IMG/VR virus record: IMGVR_UViG_3300021168_000013
From: a virus
Direction: 5' to 3' (one strand)
DNA length: 64,000 nt
A program made the translations under genes and the position numbers. Position 1 is the first letter of the stretch; each line of letters opens with the position of its first letter. This document shows positions 41,448-51,594 of this stretch, piece by piece. The notes under the pieces are model-generated. The model was given only the letters and a program-made list of their open reading frames with translations, did not search any database and had not been told where the DNA came from.

Positions 41448-41981
41448 TTACCTTAAAGTTTCTCTTAATTGTTCTCTATTGTTTAATCTTGATTGCTCAA
41501 CGGCATCATCGTGTTTCTTTTGATCTATTGGATCATAACATTCACAACCACATGAATGTTCAGGCCAATTATCATAAACATGAATACCATCTAATGGTTT
41601 TTTTGGATCATCAGCCATAGCAAGACAAACACATGCCCATCCTTTTCTAACACCACAAACACATCTTCCTTCTGGCAATGGGTCTGGTTTAGGTAGAGTG
41701 CAACAGTGATGATGAACTGGTAAATGGTAAATGCAATTACAACAACATTGTATAAATGAGGGATCATCTCTTAATCCACACCAGTCTATTTTTTCCCCAT
41801 CATTAGCTTTTGCTTCTTCCACCAAACAGTTTTCATGTGCGAATTCTTTACCATAATTAAGAATAAATGGGTTACCATTCGTAGCACTATGTGGTTCTTG
41901 GCAAATTCGGCACACACCTTTTAATTGTGCTTCGTTAACTGGTAATGATGGCTTATTCATCTTAATAGCGTGTATCTTCAC
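41448..41981 (-). CDS. Cys-rich hypothetical protein
   Basis: Many Cys/His clusters. Confidence 0.5.
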   Translation of the reverse strand: MKIHAIKMNKPSLPVNEAQLKGVCRICQEPHSATNGNPFILNYGKEFAHENCLVEEAKANDGEKIDWCGLRDDPSFIQCCCNCIYHLPVHHHCCTLPKPDPLPEGRCVCGVRKGWACVCLAMADDPKKPLDGIHVYDNWPEHSCGCECYDPIDQKKHDDAVEQSRLNNREQLRETLR

Positions 41982-42195
41982 AAGGAGTTATTTCCGGTAC
42001 GTTAGTTAAAAGATGACATTTAGTCATATATTTCCACATATCATTCCAGCAATCTATACAAATGTGAATTTTGTACACCAAATCCATACCAGTATTATCA
42101 GGTAATGGTGGGGTAATAACTAATGCACCTTTTTCAGTCAGCTCATTTTTACATAGATTACATTTAATTTTCATAATTATTGACCTCCCATACAT
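41962..42195 (-). CDS. Small Zn-finger hypothetical protein
   Basis: CNLC...HICIDC. Confidence 0.5.
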   Translation of the reverse strand: MYGRSIIMKIKCNLCKNELTEKGALVITPPLPDNTGMDLVYKIHICIDCWNDMWKYMTKCHLLTNVPEITPCEDTRY

Positions 42196-42238
42196 TCATC
42201 TTTATAATATACACTATATATCAGTAATTGTAAAGTTA

Positions 42239-43348
42239 TTATAAAAACAATTTAGCTTCTTCCTTCGATGCAGGGGGTCCCACATATTCAAAAGCATGAC
42301 AAAGTCGTTCAGATACCAGCCAGCCACTACTTTTATCACTGGGATGATCATTTCTGGCTTTTCTTGAATGTCTCGTTTGTATCCATAGTTCTGGATGTCT
42401 TATACGACTAGAAATCATGGCGGGGTGAGCAGTTTTACTAAAGAAACGACATCCATGTGCTTTAAATATACTTCCCATGTAATTACTCAATTTAACTCCG
42501 ATTCCAAGACCTTGGTAATCGGGGAGTACAACGGTTCGGCTTTCTCTCCAAGCTTTTTTCACTATTGGGTGAGGAAATGATAAAATTGCGGTAAAAGCAA
42601 TTGGAATTCCTTCCCATGTTGCCAGATAACACTTGGCACTCTTATTTAAACCAGCACTCAGATAGTGATGTGATTTAAACAAGTCCCATGCTTCATATTT
42701 AGAACGGAATACTTCGAGTTCGATATTAGGATGCCGAAGACTCCTTTCCGTGAAATATCGAGTTTCACCCTCAATTGGATTATATGTCCAATCAGGTACT
42801 AACCACTCAATGATGTCACTATGGCACGAGGCCAATATAATTTTTTTGTTATGTTTTCTTATATATTTCTGAACACTGTTGGCTGCGGACTTGGCAACAT
42901 TCCTGTCAACAACGCTTGTAAATTCATCAATTAATATAATTTTATCTTTACCAATTAAACTCTTGGCAAGATTTGCTCTAAATTGTTCACCATTACTTAA
43001 CGCCTTGTATGGTCTAATCCATGCTGGAACAGTTCCAAATCCAACACTACATAGAATTTCACTGGCTTCATGTGGAGTACATTCTTTAAAATTACTAATC
43101 ATGGGAATGGTATTATCCCATTTATGTGTACGTATTTTACCAAATTCCTTTAATAATGTGGATTTACCCGCACCACTATTGCCATATATCAAACCGATAT
43201 TCCATTCAGTCGGTAATACAATATTGTTCTTGATAATAACGGTGCTTTTATTGGATATCGGGACATCAAACATTTTTCCAACAATGTCCGTATATTCATC
43301 CTTTATAATAGGAGAAGTTAATATAATTTCCTTATTTAACATGATCAT
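42239..43348 (-). CDS. ABC-type ATPase fused to GNAT acetyltransferase
   Basis: GNSGAGKST, LSNGE, LIDEFTS; C-terminal RTVVLPDYQGLGIG. Confidence 0.85.
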   Translation of the reverse strand: MIMLNKEIILTSPIIKDEYTDIVGKMFDVPISNKSTVIIKNNIVLPTEWNIGLIYGNSGAGKSTLLKEFGKIRTHKWDNTIPMISNFKECTPHEASEILCSVGFGTVPAWIRPYKALSNGEQFRANLAKSLIGKDKIILIDEFTSVVDRNVAKSAANSVQKYIRKHNKKIILASCHSDIIEWLVPDWTYNPIEGETRYFTERSLRHPNIELEVFRSKYEAWDLFKSHHYLSAGLNKSAKCYLATWEGIPIAFTAILSFPHPIVKKAWRESRTVVLPDYQGLGIGVKLSNYMGSIFKAHGCRFFSKTAHPAMISSRIRHPELWIQTRHSRKARNDHPSDKSSGWLVSERLCHAFEYVGPPASKEEAKLFL

Positions 43349-43412
43349 TTGCGACCCAGTAACCCGTTATATACTTTGTGAAGAAAATATGAAAAATTTA
43401 TAAAAATAATTT

Positions 43413-44069
43413 CTAATTATGATGATGGTCAACAGTGATAATATTTTTCTTTTTCATTATTTCATTAATTTGATTAAATGATACAGGTTTTAGAAATATA
43501 TCCCATGAAACGTCTAAAATTTTCCCTTTGGATGATTCGTTTGGTAATGATTGGGGTAAATTTCCATGACTATGTCCATGAATCATATATGCTCCATCCT
43601 TCATATAATTCCACACAGTTAGCGCATAATGCTGTAATACCATATATTGACCATCAATCAATATTTCTTGATAGTTGCCATGAAATACAAAATTTTTGTA
43701 TCGCAAGGGGTAAATTTCCACATCCCTATCGATTATTTTCCTAACTTCTCTTTGATAAATTGCCCAACTTGGATTGTTATGATTACCGAAAAGTGAATAA
43801 ATGTTTTGACATTTTATCTTGGATAAAAATTCCTCGAATTGTGTTTCCGTGCAATTTAATGTGATATCCCCAAGATGCCACAAAACATCATCGGGTCTAA
43901 CCATTGAATTAATCTGTAGTACTTGATCATCATTCATGTCAATATGACTATCATATCCCCTAGCTTTCCATAATGGAATTGTCCATGGAGGATTATGAAA
44001 ATGATGCAAGTCACTAATGAAATAGTGTTTACAATCATCTGTCTGTTTAAATTTTAATAATTTATTCAT
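43413..44069 (-). CDS. Metallophosphoesterase ending in TAG
   Basis: SDLHH, LGD, GNH, HGHSH. Confidence 0.9.
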   Translation of the reverse strand: MNKLLKFKQTDDCKHYFISDLHHFHNPPWTIPLWKARGYDSHIDMNDDQVLQINSMVRPDDVLWHLGDITLNCTETQFEEFLSKIKCQNIYSLFGNHNNPSWAIYQREVRKIIDRDVEIYPLRYKNFVFHGNYQEILIDGQYMVLQHYALTVWNYMKDGAYMIHGHSHGNLPQSLPNESSKGKILDVSWDIFLKPVSFNQINEIMKKKNIITVDHHHN

Positions 44070-44718
44070 TTTCCCACTCTTTATCTTTCTGTTTCAGAAT
44101 TTCAATTCTTTTTGTTCTCAAAACGTTCCATTCTTCTTTTTCTTTTATATTCAATGACTGTGTGCCATACCAGTTTTCAAAACTAGGATCAAACATATTC
44201 ATGTTATTCATTTTACAAAAACTGTCTAAACACACCAATACTTTTGTATCTTCAATATGTAAACGAGATTCCCCAACAATACCTTTCACACCATCGGCAA
44301 TTGAGGATATTTGTGCTTTTTCACTATCATCCTCGTTTAGTTTTATGAGGGATTTCTGAAGTGACTTGATATTCTCTCGCAACAGATATCTATCTGAAAC
44401 GTATTTAATTCGGCCTTTATAACTTGGATTGTCAATCAATTTCTTTCCATATTCCCATGCTACGTTACTGATAAATAATCCCACGAATTCATCATTGTTT
44501 GTTACATCGGGATGTACATTTCCCAAAAGTCTGCCATAATCATCATACTTTCCTTTATAAACATCTTTAATATATGATTCTATGATGAATGTGGACATTT
44601 CACCGCAGGTAAAAATATCATCATTATCTTTTGGTTTATTCAAAACTAACAGAATACATTCTTCTTTGACAAGAATGGGAGTCTTTGTTATACAACAAGT
44701 TACGTTAAATGATCCCAT
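44062..44718 (-). CDS. Hypothetical protein
   Basis: MGSFNVTC, YDDYG. Confidence 0.55.
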   Translation of the reverse strand: MGSFNVTCCITKTPILVKEECILLVLNKPKDNDDIFTCGEMSTFIIESYIKDVYKGKYDDYGRLLGNVHPDVTNNDEFVGLFISNVAWEYGKKLIDNPSYKGRIKYVSDRYLLRENIKSLQKSLIKLNEDDSEKAQISSIADGVKGIVGESRLHIEDTKVLVCLDSFCKMNNMNMFDPSFENWYGTQSLNIKEKEEWNVLRTKRIEILKQKDKEWENE

Positions 44719-44720
44719 AA

Positions 44721-44894
44721 TCAGACAATCTTTGCGTACATGTACCAGTCTGGTACTTCAGGTTCATTATTCTTTGAATTGTATTCATCCACAAACTTTT
44801 GTGCTTCTGATAATGTGTCAAAATTGCGGACATCGTCAACTTTCTGTCCCCAACCTCGCTCGGATTCAATGATTTCAACTTTAATCTTGCTCAT
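44721..44894 (-). CDS. 57-aa hypothetical protein (not in ORF track)
   Basis: Manual translation MSKIKVEIIESERGWGQKVD...; own TTGACT promoter-like site. Confidence 0.6.
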   Translation of the reverse strand: MSKIKVEIIESERGWGQKVDDVRNFDTLSEAQKFVDEYNSKNNEPEVPDWYMYAKIV

Positions 44895-44930
44895 ATTGAT
44901 ATATTATCAAATTATATGGTAAAGTCAATG

Positions 44931-45632
44931 TTAAAATAACACATCTTGGTTAATCTTATACTGATAAGGATGTTGCGTCTTGTGATATTGAAATCCCTCT
45001 CGTAAAGTATATTTATCGCGGACATTTTTATGTAAAACAACCATTTGGCAATTATCGGGATTGCCCCAAGTCTCAAATTCTTCCACCGTATTGTGAAACC
45101 ATCGCATTATAAACAATCGCATTGTCATTCCATGTGTTACAATCAAACAGTTTCTTGGATATGTTTCTTTTTCAAAATCTCGGTGTAATGTATCCATGAA
45201 ATCACTGACTCGGTCATAAACATCAGCACAACTCTCTCCACCAGCAAAACGATAATAGAAGTGACCATAGGTATCACGTTCGTCTTCCATTTTCTGATTA
45301 TATCCATCAACAGGAAGTTTACCATGCCATTCCTGTTCACGAATACGAGGTTCTTCCCTAACCCATCGTTTGTCAAATTTTATATTCCTCTCATGGGGAA
45401 CCGACGCCAATCCATTAAACGTTTGGATGGTTCGGAAAAACGGCGAATAATATACCGCAAAATCATCAGAAAATCCAACATCGGTGAACAGGGTTTTGCC
45501 AGCATTTCTAGCTTGTTCCTTGCCTATCTCGGTGAGATTCAAGGCATAATCAGGTTTCTTGGAATAAATGAATTTATCCACATTTCCTTCACTTTGCCCG
45601 TGCCGCAGTAAGATTATATTTTCCGGTTTCAT
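44931..45632 (-). CDS. Histidine phosphatase (phosphoglycerate-mutase family)
   Basis: RHGQS, SP..RT.QT, GES, VTHG. Confidence 0.9.
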   Translation of the reverse strand: MKPENIILLRHGQSEGNVDKFIYSKKPDYALNLTEIGKEQARNAGKTLFTDVGFSDDFAVYYSPFFRTIQTFNGLASVPHERNIKFDKRWVREEPRIREQEWHGKLPVDGYNQKMEDERDTYGHFYYRFAGGESCADVYDRVSDFMDTLHRDFEKETYPRNCLIVTHGMTMRLFIMRWFHNTVEEFETWGNPDNCQMVVLHKNVRDKYTLREGFQYHKTQHPYQYKINQDVLF

Positions 45633-45638
45633 GCTGAT

Positions 45639-45667
45639 ATTATATGATATATTTTATAAAAAGTCAA
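45639..45667 (-). promoter_or_regulatory. Sigma70-like promoter
   Basis: TTGACT-17-TATAAT on the minus strand. Confidence 0.75.
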
Positions 45668-46134
45668 AGTTTAAATGAATTATTATCTAAATTGGTTATT
45701 CTGGACATAAATTTTGGGTCAAGTTTAGTTTTCCAATGAAATTCCCATGCGATAATGTAAGTCTTAATTGATTTGAGAAATTCCGAATTCATGGGTTCAG
45801 ACCAATTATCATACAAGTATGTGGCATGTTTCCACGCATTAAATTCAAGTTTTAATATGAATTTTGAGCATATGTTTTTTCCGTATCCGTATTCATATTT
45901 ATTGCCTATTCTGTCCAAAAAATGTTCACTTTCATAAACGCTGTGGGCAAGTTCGTGTAGTGCTCCAGCAAAATCTCCAGCAGTTTTGATGTCTTTTAGA
46001 TGAATCGTGCTTACTAATTCACATCCATTCCAATCTCGTACTAAACATGACTCGTTGTTATGTTTTTTATCGAATTTAACCTTGGCTTTGTATTTTCTGG
46101 CAAGTTTTAAGAAAAGACGCTTATAATTAACCAT
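45664..46134 (-). CDS. HExxH metallopeptidase-like protein
   Basis: ALHELAH...E..AW. Confidence 0.55.
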   Translation of the reverse strand: MVNYKRLFLKLARKYKAKVKFDKKHNNESCLVRDWNGCELVSTIHLKDIKTAGDFAGALHELAHSVYESEHFLDRIGNKYEYGYGKNICSKFILKLEFNAWKHATYLYDNWSEPMNSEFLKSIKTYIIAWEFHWKTKLDPKFMSRITNLDNNSFKL

Positions 46135-46585
46135 AAATATGATTATATACCCAGTTTAGTGAATTGAACGTTAATTGGCTTCCTTTGGAATCTCGGATTT
46201 CTCGGTATAAATTATACGCGGTATTTGTTAATTCTGAATATGTTTTGAAATCAATATTCTGATGTTTTATTTCATCCTCGTAGAATATCATAAAATAAGG
46301 TTGTAAAGTGTAATCAATATGGCCATCACTACCATAATTCTCGTAACATTCCATGGCAATTTGTTGATAATTCCATTTGTATCCATGTCCATTGGCATCT
46401 TTTCCTTCGATGCGTTTTACTGGAAATCTCTTATATGGCAATCTATATGCAAATGCCTGTCTCAGACAATAATCCATATTTCCAGTATATCGGCAAGGAA
46501 TGACAATTTCTGTTGGTAAATAACAAACAAAGTATCTATCTCGCAAATCTTCCCCCGTTAAATCTTTTGATGGCAATATTGTCAT
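46127..46585 (-). CDS. Hypothetical protein
   Basis: ORF in operon. Confidence 0.5.
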   Translation of the reverse strand: MTILPSKDLTGEDLRDRYFVCYLPTEIVIPCRYTGNMDYCLRQAFAYRLPYKRFPVKRIEGKDANGHGYKWNYQQIAMECYENYGSDGHIDYTLQPYFMIFYEDEIKHQNIDFKTYSELTNTAYNLYREIRDSKGSQLTFNSLNWVYNHIYG

Positions 46586-46691
46586 GTGTTTTTGATACTT
46601 GTGATATATTATTATATTCTTTCATGAATGTCAAGAAAAATCAGTGAAAATTTAATGGAATAATCATTTATATGCGTATATTTATATTTAT

Positions 46692-47147
46692 ATGAACAAA
46701 AATGAATTGAAACAATTAATCAGGGAAGCAATCTCGGAGATTGTTGATGAAAATAGTGAAGGGGGAAGTCCTCTACTTGATATTAATAAAATTCATGATA
46801 TTGAAGTTGATAATGTTAACAGAGGGGATTACCCAGATTTCGTGGATGCGTACCCAATTTCCGCCACAATCGAGTGTGATCCATCCCATTTAACAAGGGA
46901 TGCTGTTTTAAATAATGGTAAATGGTACAGATCATTGACCGATGATGAATTGGAATGGTTAGGTAATGAACATCCTGATTTAATTCAAAAAGCGGCAATG
47001 GATTCTTTACATGAAGGTGGTAAAAAGAAGAAATGGATTCAGAAAGCTACGAATCCAAAACATGCAGGATATTGTTCACCTATGACTAAGTCAACGTGTA
47101 CACCAGCTAGAAAAGCATTGGCTTTGAGATTTAAAAAAGGAATTTAA
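46692..47147 (+). CDS. Hypothetical protein with LIRE leader
   Basis: TATTTATA upstream; basic C-terminal module. Confidence 0.55.
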   Translation: MNKNELKQLIREAISEIVDENSEGGSPLLDINKIHDIEVDNVNRGDYPDFVDAYPISATIECDPSHLTRDAVLNNGKWYRSLTDDELEWLGNEHPDLIQKAAMDSLHEGGKKKKWIQKATNPKHAGYCSPMTKSTCTPARKALALRFKKGI

Positions 47148-47380
47148 TGAAAAAAACTGAATTATTGGGATTAATAAAAGAAGTCATCCAAGAAGTCACT
47201 CAGGGTGAATTACAACAGAAATTGATTGATTATAGAAACCCACATAAATTAGTCAGACTAGAAACAGACAATGAAGGTTTTATCACAATGACTTTTGCTG
47301 ATGAATCAGGAAGACTTACTAAATTAAATATTGAAGCCGTTGATGTAAACGTTTTGAATATGACCATCGCCAATACATAA
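47147..47380 (+). CDS. Hypothetical protein with LIKE leader
   Basis: TAATG overlap. Confidence 0.5.
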   Translation: MKKTELLGLIKEVIQEVTQGELQQKLIDYRNPHKLVRLETDNEGFITMTFADESGRLTKLNIEAVDVNVLNMTIANT

Positions 47381-47381
47381 T

Positions 47382-48533
47382 ATGAATCTAATTCAACTTA
47401 AGACGTTAATCACCGAATGTTTAAATGAAATAAGTCTGCCACCCGGTTTTAGTAGTGGTGACTTTGAATCTCTCGACGATTTTGCCAAAGATGGTATAAA
47501 TGAAGCAGATGAACCACTTCTTGGTGCGCCAACCACAGATTTGCCTCCAGAAGAGATGGATGCTTATTTACAGAGAATAGCCAATAAAAAAACAGACAAG
47601 ACCGACAAATTCAAGTATCCATACATTCATCGTAGTAATATTGTGGATGATAACGGTAAAGTCATTGATCAGGATAAATTAAAAGCATTGATCAAGATTA
47701 GACCAGAAAACTTATTAAAACAGAACACCAAAATGCAAAAAAGTGGTGGTGCTGAATTTATCTTTTACGATATTAGTTTACCAGCATTGCGTGGCTTGAT
47801 CGTGGATGAATCAACTAATCAATTTAAGATTGTTAATACTTGTCCCGGCGCTGGAGCATGTAAAACCTATTGTTATGCAAAAAAAGGTGGCTACATCCAA
47901 TGGAAAGCATCATCTTTGTTTCAAACTAGAATGGTGAATTTTCTATTGAATGATTATCTTGGATTTAAAGCGAAATTGATGGCGGAATTGAACAAAGCCA
48001 TCACTACTAAAGCTAAAAAGGGAATCAAAGTAGTATTGCGTTGGCATGATAGTGGTGATTTTATGTCAGAGAAGTATCTTCAAATGGCGTTTGACATTGC
48101 TAAGGCAACACCTAATGTTATTCACTATGCTTATACGAAACGAGTGGGAATGGTAAGTGGTGCTGATAAACCAAAGAACTTCGTGTTCAACTTCTCCAAA
48201 GGTGCATCGGCACCAGAAGAAGGACAAATCAATCCTGATAGTAAACAATCTATTGTTGTTCCAAAGCAACTATTCCAAGGTCTTCTCCATAAAGACGCTG
48301 CTGGTAAATGGCAATTTAATAATGAAGAGGATTTGCAGACATTAAAAAGGAAAATGTCCTTAAAGTACTCAGTTCCAGAAGAAAGTATCATTTCCTATGA
48401 TCAGATGTTGAAAATCCCTTATGATCAAGATGTTAATACCAAACCTGAATGGTCGGTAATTGTTAAACCGGGAGATGGAGATGTATCAGCAAGTCGTAAA
48501 GATGTAAAAACTACATTTTTACTGATTCACTGA
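47382..48533 (+). CDS. Gp88-like phage protein
   Basis: TCPGAGACKTYCYA, RWHDSGDF, YAYTK. Confidence 0.7.
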   Translation: MNLIQLKTLITECLNEISLPPGFSSGDFESLDDFAKDGINEADEPLLGAPTTDLPPEEMDAYLQRIANKKTDKTDKFKYPYIHRSNIVDDNGKVIDQDKLKALIKIRPENLLKQNTKMQKSGGAEFIFYDISLPALRGLIVDESTNQFKIVNTCPGAGACKTYCYAKKGGYIQWKASSLFQTRMVNFLLNDYLGFKAKLMAELNKAITTKAKKGIKVVLRWHDSGDFMSEKYLQMAFDIAKATPNVIHYAYTKRVGMVSGADKPKNFVFNFSKGASAPEEGQINPDSKQSIVVPKQLFQGLLHKDAAGKWQFNNEEDLQTLKRKMSLKYSVPEESIISYDQMLKIPYDQDVNTKPEWSVIVKPGDGDVSASRKDVKTTFLLIH

Positions 48534-49309
48534 TGTATCCATCTATTTCCTAATTTATCTGAAACATATTTATATTTCCCATTTATCAATGGATAAACAT
48601 TATTAATTTCATATATTTGTCTAAATTCCAATAGAGTTCCATTAAAAATTGTGCCATTTGTTATATTTTTGAAACGATATATTTTTGAATTGTGTCTTTT
48701 GTGATTTTTTCCACGAGGGGCACTCAATTTAATATTATTTTTATGAATTTCACTTAATTTTTTACCAGTATGTTTGATGCTTAAAATCTTTCGAGTTACC
48801 AAAGAATGTTTACACCCAAACCATGGGTTTTGCTTTCCTTTTAATATCGGAATTGAGTTTCTTATTTTATTTTTAGTTTCATTTGATAAATGTTTGTTAT
48901 ATAAATAGTGTTTAATTCCTTTGTTAATTGGGGGACAGATTGCATTAAAGTTAATATTATAAGATTTATCTTTTTCTGCTAGGTTTAGATATTTTTGTTC
49001 TAGTAATAATAATTTCCCAATATCATTTCCATCAAATTTTTCTATTATAACAAAATAAAAATCATCAATTCCATAAGAATTAAATGCATTTTGAAGATGT
49101 GGATTCGCATGTCTATTGTTTTTTAAATCACTTACATGATTTTTTAATCTACCACAAGACTTGGAACACCCAAGAATATCAATACTACTTCCAATGTAAT
49201 ATTTATTGTTGGTTTTATTTATTATTTTATATATACCACCTATTTTTGATATGCCTTTCCATCTTTTTTGTGTCAATTGAATTTGTGTGTATGTTTCATT
49301 TTGTTTCAT
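48527..49309 (-). mobile_element. Free-standing GIY-YIG homing endonuclease
   Basis: GIYKIINKTNNKYYIGSS; NUMOD3-like basic repeats; opposite orientation. Confidence 0.85.
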
Positions 49310-49430
49310 AATATCTTCTCAATGATTCTTTTTTTTCAAATTCTTTATTTTTTTCGTAATATCGCATTCTTTTTGCGTTATTTGCTAATCGTTTTTCTTC
49401 TGGCGTTTTATATTTTAAATTTCTTCCCAT
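49296..49430 (-). CDS. Small basic protein upstream of GIY-YIG (not in ORF track)
   Basis: MGRNLKYKTPEEKRLANNAKRMRYY...KESLRRYYETK. Confidence 0.65.
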   Translation of the reverse strand: MGRNLKYKTPEEKRLANNAKRMRYYEKNKEFEKKESLRRYYETK

Positions 49431-49490
49431 ATCAATATATAGTAAGTAATGTCATTAAAGTAACAAAAAAGTAACAATATTTCTTTATGA

Positions 49491-49519
49491 TTGACATTTT
49501 ATATTGTTTATGATATACT
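49491..49519 (+). promoter_or_regulatory. Sigma70-like promoter
   Basis: TTGACA-17-TATACT with extended -10 TG. Confidence 0.8.
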
Positions 49520-49525
49520 CTTAAA

Positions 49526-49702
49526 ATGAATATCATAAATCAATTAGAGGTTTTTCTTAAAAACAAGAAAAATCTCGGCATTGTTCTTCCCGAAATTCGT
49601 TATTTTGATGGAATAGGTGCATTTTGCACTATTGATGGACGGTATAAAGCAACATCATTGGATGAAGCTTTAAAACTGTTTTTACGTGATAATACTAATT
49701 AA
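49526..49702 (+). CDS. 58-aa hypothetical protein (not in ORF track)
   Basis: MNIINQLEVFLKNKK... directly after the promoter. Confidence 0.55.
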   Translation: MNIINQLEVFLKNKKNLGIVLPEIRYFDGIGAFCTIDGRYKATSLDEALKLFLRDNTN

Positions 49703-49708
49703 TTATTA

Positions 49709-49716
49709 TATTTATA
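49709..49716 (+). promoter_or_regulatory. Candidate late-promoter motif TATTTATA
   Basis: Also at 27341, 29272, 46679, 58812, 59637, 62166, each just upstream of a + strand start codon. Confidence 0.5.
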
Positions 49717-49728
49717 GAATGGATTGTT

Positions 49729-49938
49729 ATGATTATTGTGCCTAGAAATGTAAAAGAGAATACTTCCAGTTTTTTATTGGAGAAAGCCTTAGAATTTTGT
49801 AAAGCAGAAAACGCATTGGAAATTTTTAATGTAGCCGATCTTGGTTCTAATGAATATAGAATCATGTATTACATAGGCGAGAATCAGGACACTCGTAAGA
49901 TGAAAGTAATTATTTTAAATATACCAAGCGATAATTAA
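49729..49938 (+). CDS. Hypothetical protein
   Basis: ORF after TATTTATA. Confidence 0.5.
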   Translation: MIIVPRNVKENTSSFLLEKALEFCKAENALEIFNVADLGSNEYRIMYYIGENQDTRKMKVIILNIPSDN

Positions 49939-49939
49939 T

Positions 49940-50944
49940 ATGATCAAATTAGCACCCATAGCAAAAACCTTCATCAAGGAAGGTGGTAAATTATTTGGTG
50001 ATTTAGCAACCAGAGTTACTACATCCGAAATGAATGCTATTTTTGATGAAGTTAAAGATAAAATCGGTAATTTATTCAATAAGATGCAATTAAGTCGCGC
50101 TTTAAAAAGCAAACAGGATCATGGAGATATCGATATTGTTGTCGAACCAAAAGAAGGAGCCAATCTTGATTTGAAAAATCAGCTATCTGGAGCAATACAG
50201 TATAGTAAGAATGGGAATATACACAGTGTTCTATATCACAGCGATAAGGTTAACAAAGATGTTCATATTGATTTCTTAGTGGCATCTGGTGACGATTATG
50301 AACCACAGTTTGAATACTTATCATTCAATGATTTTTCTGGTATATTAGGAGTTTTAGCAAGACGGCTTGGCTATTCTTATAGTATTGAGGGATTTTTTAA
50401 AGTATATGTTGATAAGAGTGGAAGACATCACAAGATATTGATCACTAAAAATCTCAGAGACGGATTGAAGATTTTAGGTTATGAGAAAGTGTTGAATACC
50501 TATGATGCTATTAGTAATCCCGATGATATCGTTAAATTTATTAGTGCCAGTCCATTATTTGATAGTGATGATTATGTTGGACAGGGGTTTAATCATTCGG
50601 ATCGTAAGCGGGTTAGATTCGGTCGCCCCAGTGCTGATTTTATTAGACAACACTTAATTATGTCAAATAAACATAGAGAAATTGATGATTTCGATCATTT
50701 CTTAAAAACATTGTTTCCAGAAAAATATCAAACGTTGTTAGCTGATGAACAGAAAATTGAATCGGAAACTATAGCAAAATCCAAATATGGTGGAGAATGG
50801 TTAATGCAACATTTTCCTGATATAAAACCGGGGCCTATGATCGGAAAAGTTAAAAAGTTTTGGTTTGACACGTTTGGGCAAGATTTGGATAACGTGCCAG
50901 AAGATGAACTATATAATAAGACCAAGGAATTTTTAAAAGTGTGA
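49940..50944 (+). CDS. Pol-beta-superfamily nucleotidyltransferase
   Basis: HGDIDIVV...HIDF; C-terminal PGPMIGKV similar to CCA-enzyme tail. Confidence 0.7.
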   Translation: MIKLAPIAKTFIKEGGKLFGDLATRVTTSEMNAIFDEVKDKIGNLFNKMQLSRALKSKQDHGDIDIVVEPKEGANLDLKNQLSGAIQYSKNGNIHSVLYHSDKVNKDVHIDFLVASGDDYEPQFEYLSFNDFSGILGVLARRLGYSYSIEGFFKVYVDKSGRHHKILITKNLRDGLKILGYEKVLNTYDAISNPDDIVKFISASPLFDSDDYVGQGFNHSDRKRVRFGRPSADFIRQHLIMSNKHREIDDFDHFLKTLFPEKYQTLLADEQKIESETIAKSKYGGEWLMQHFPDIKPGPMIGKVKKFWFDTFGQDLDNVPEDELYNKTKEFLKV

Positions 50945-51594
50945 TTAAATTGAAAGACATTGTTAATGAGAGTAAGTATGATGTTCACAGTGCCAAAGAG
51001 TTGACCTTTGTGACATATGGTGGTCTTTCTGCTACTAAACAAAGAGGGTATAACAGTAAAGAAAATCCAACAATGCATTCTCCTCCAGCACGTAAAGGTA
51101 TTTATGCTTTTGTATGGCCTTATATTGAACAGTTTTTATTAGGTGGTTACCACGACCCAAAAGAACGCGGAAAAGGACAACGAAATAGAATTTCATATGT
51201 AAGGGATAAAAATGGCAATGTGGTAAATAGTGATCATCCAGATTACGAGAAATTAGCTAATAAAGAAAAGAATTGGTCTTTCAGTCGAACAGTGGACAAC
51301 AAACCATGGGATGATGAAAAAAATGATTGGGAAAAAGAGAAAGCAATATACGTATTGTATAATAACACCAATCGTAAAAAATTTAAATATGGTGGTGAGA
51401 TATGGCATCATTTGGAAGGATATTGTCCTGAATGGACTATAGTAAATAGACGTGGTGGTTGGGTGAAAACTGATATGATCACTTTCATTAATGCATTCAA
51501 ACGAGAGATTGCTAAAACACAGATACCATCGGCTAGACACCCTTACACATCAGTAATGGATCACTTGGAAGTTTTTATAGAAGATAAAATATGA
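50941..51594 (+). CDS. Hypothetical protein with MIKL leader
   Basis: GTGA overlap; HSPPARKGIYAF. Confidence 0.55.
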   Translation: MIKLKDIVNESKYDVHSAKELTFVTYGGLSATKQRGYNSKENPTMHSPPARKGIYAFVWPYIEQFLLGGYHDPKERGKGQRNRISYVRDKNGNVVNSDHPDYEKLANKEKNWSFSRTVDNKPWDDEKNDWEKEKAIYVLYNNTNRKKFKYGGEIWHHLEGYCPEWTIVNRRGGWVKTDMITFINAFKREIAKTQIPSARHPYTSVMDHLEVFIEDKI

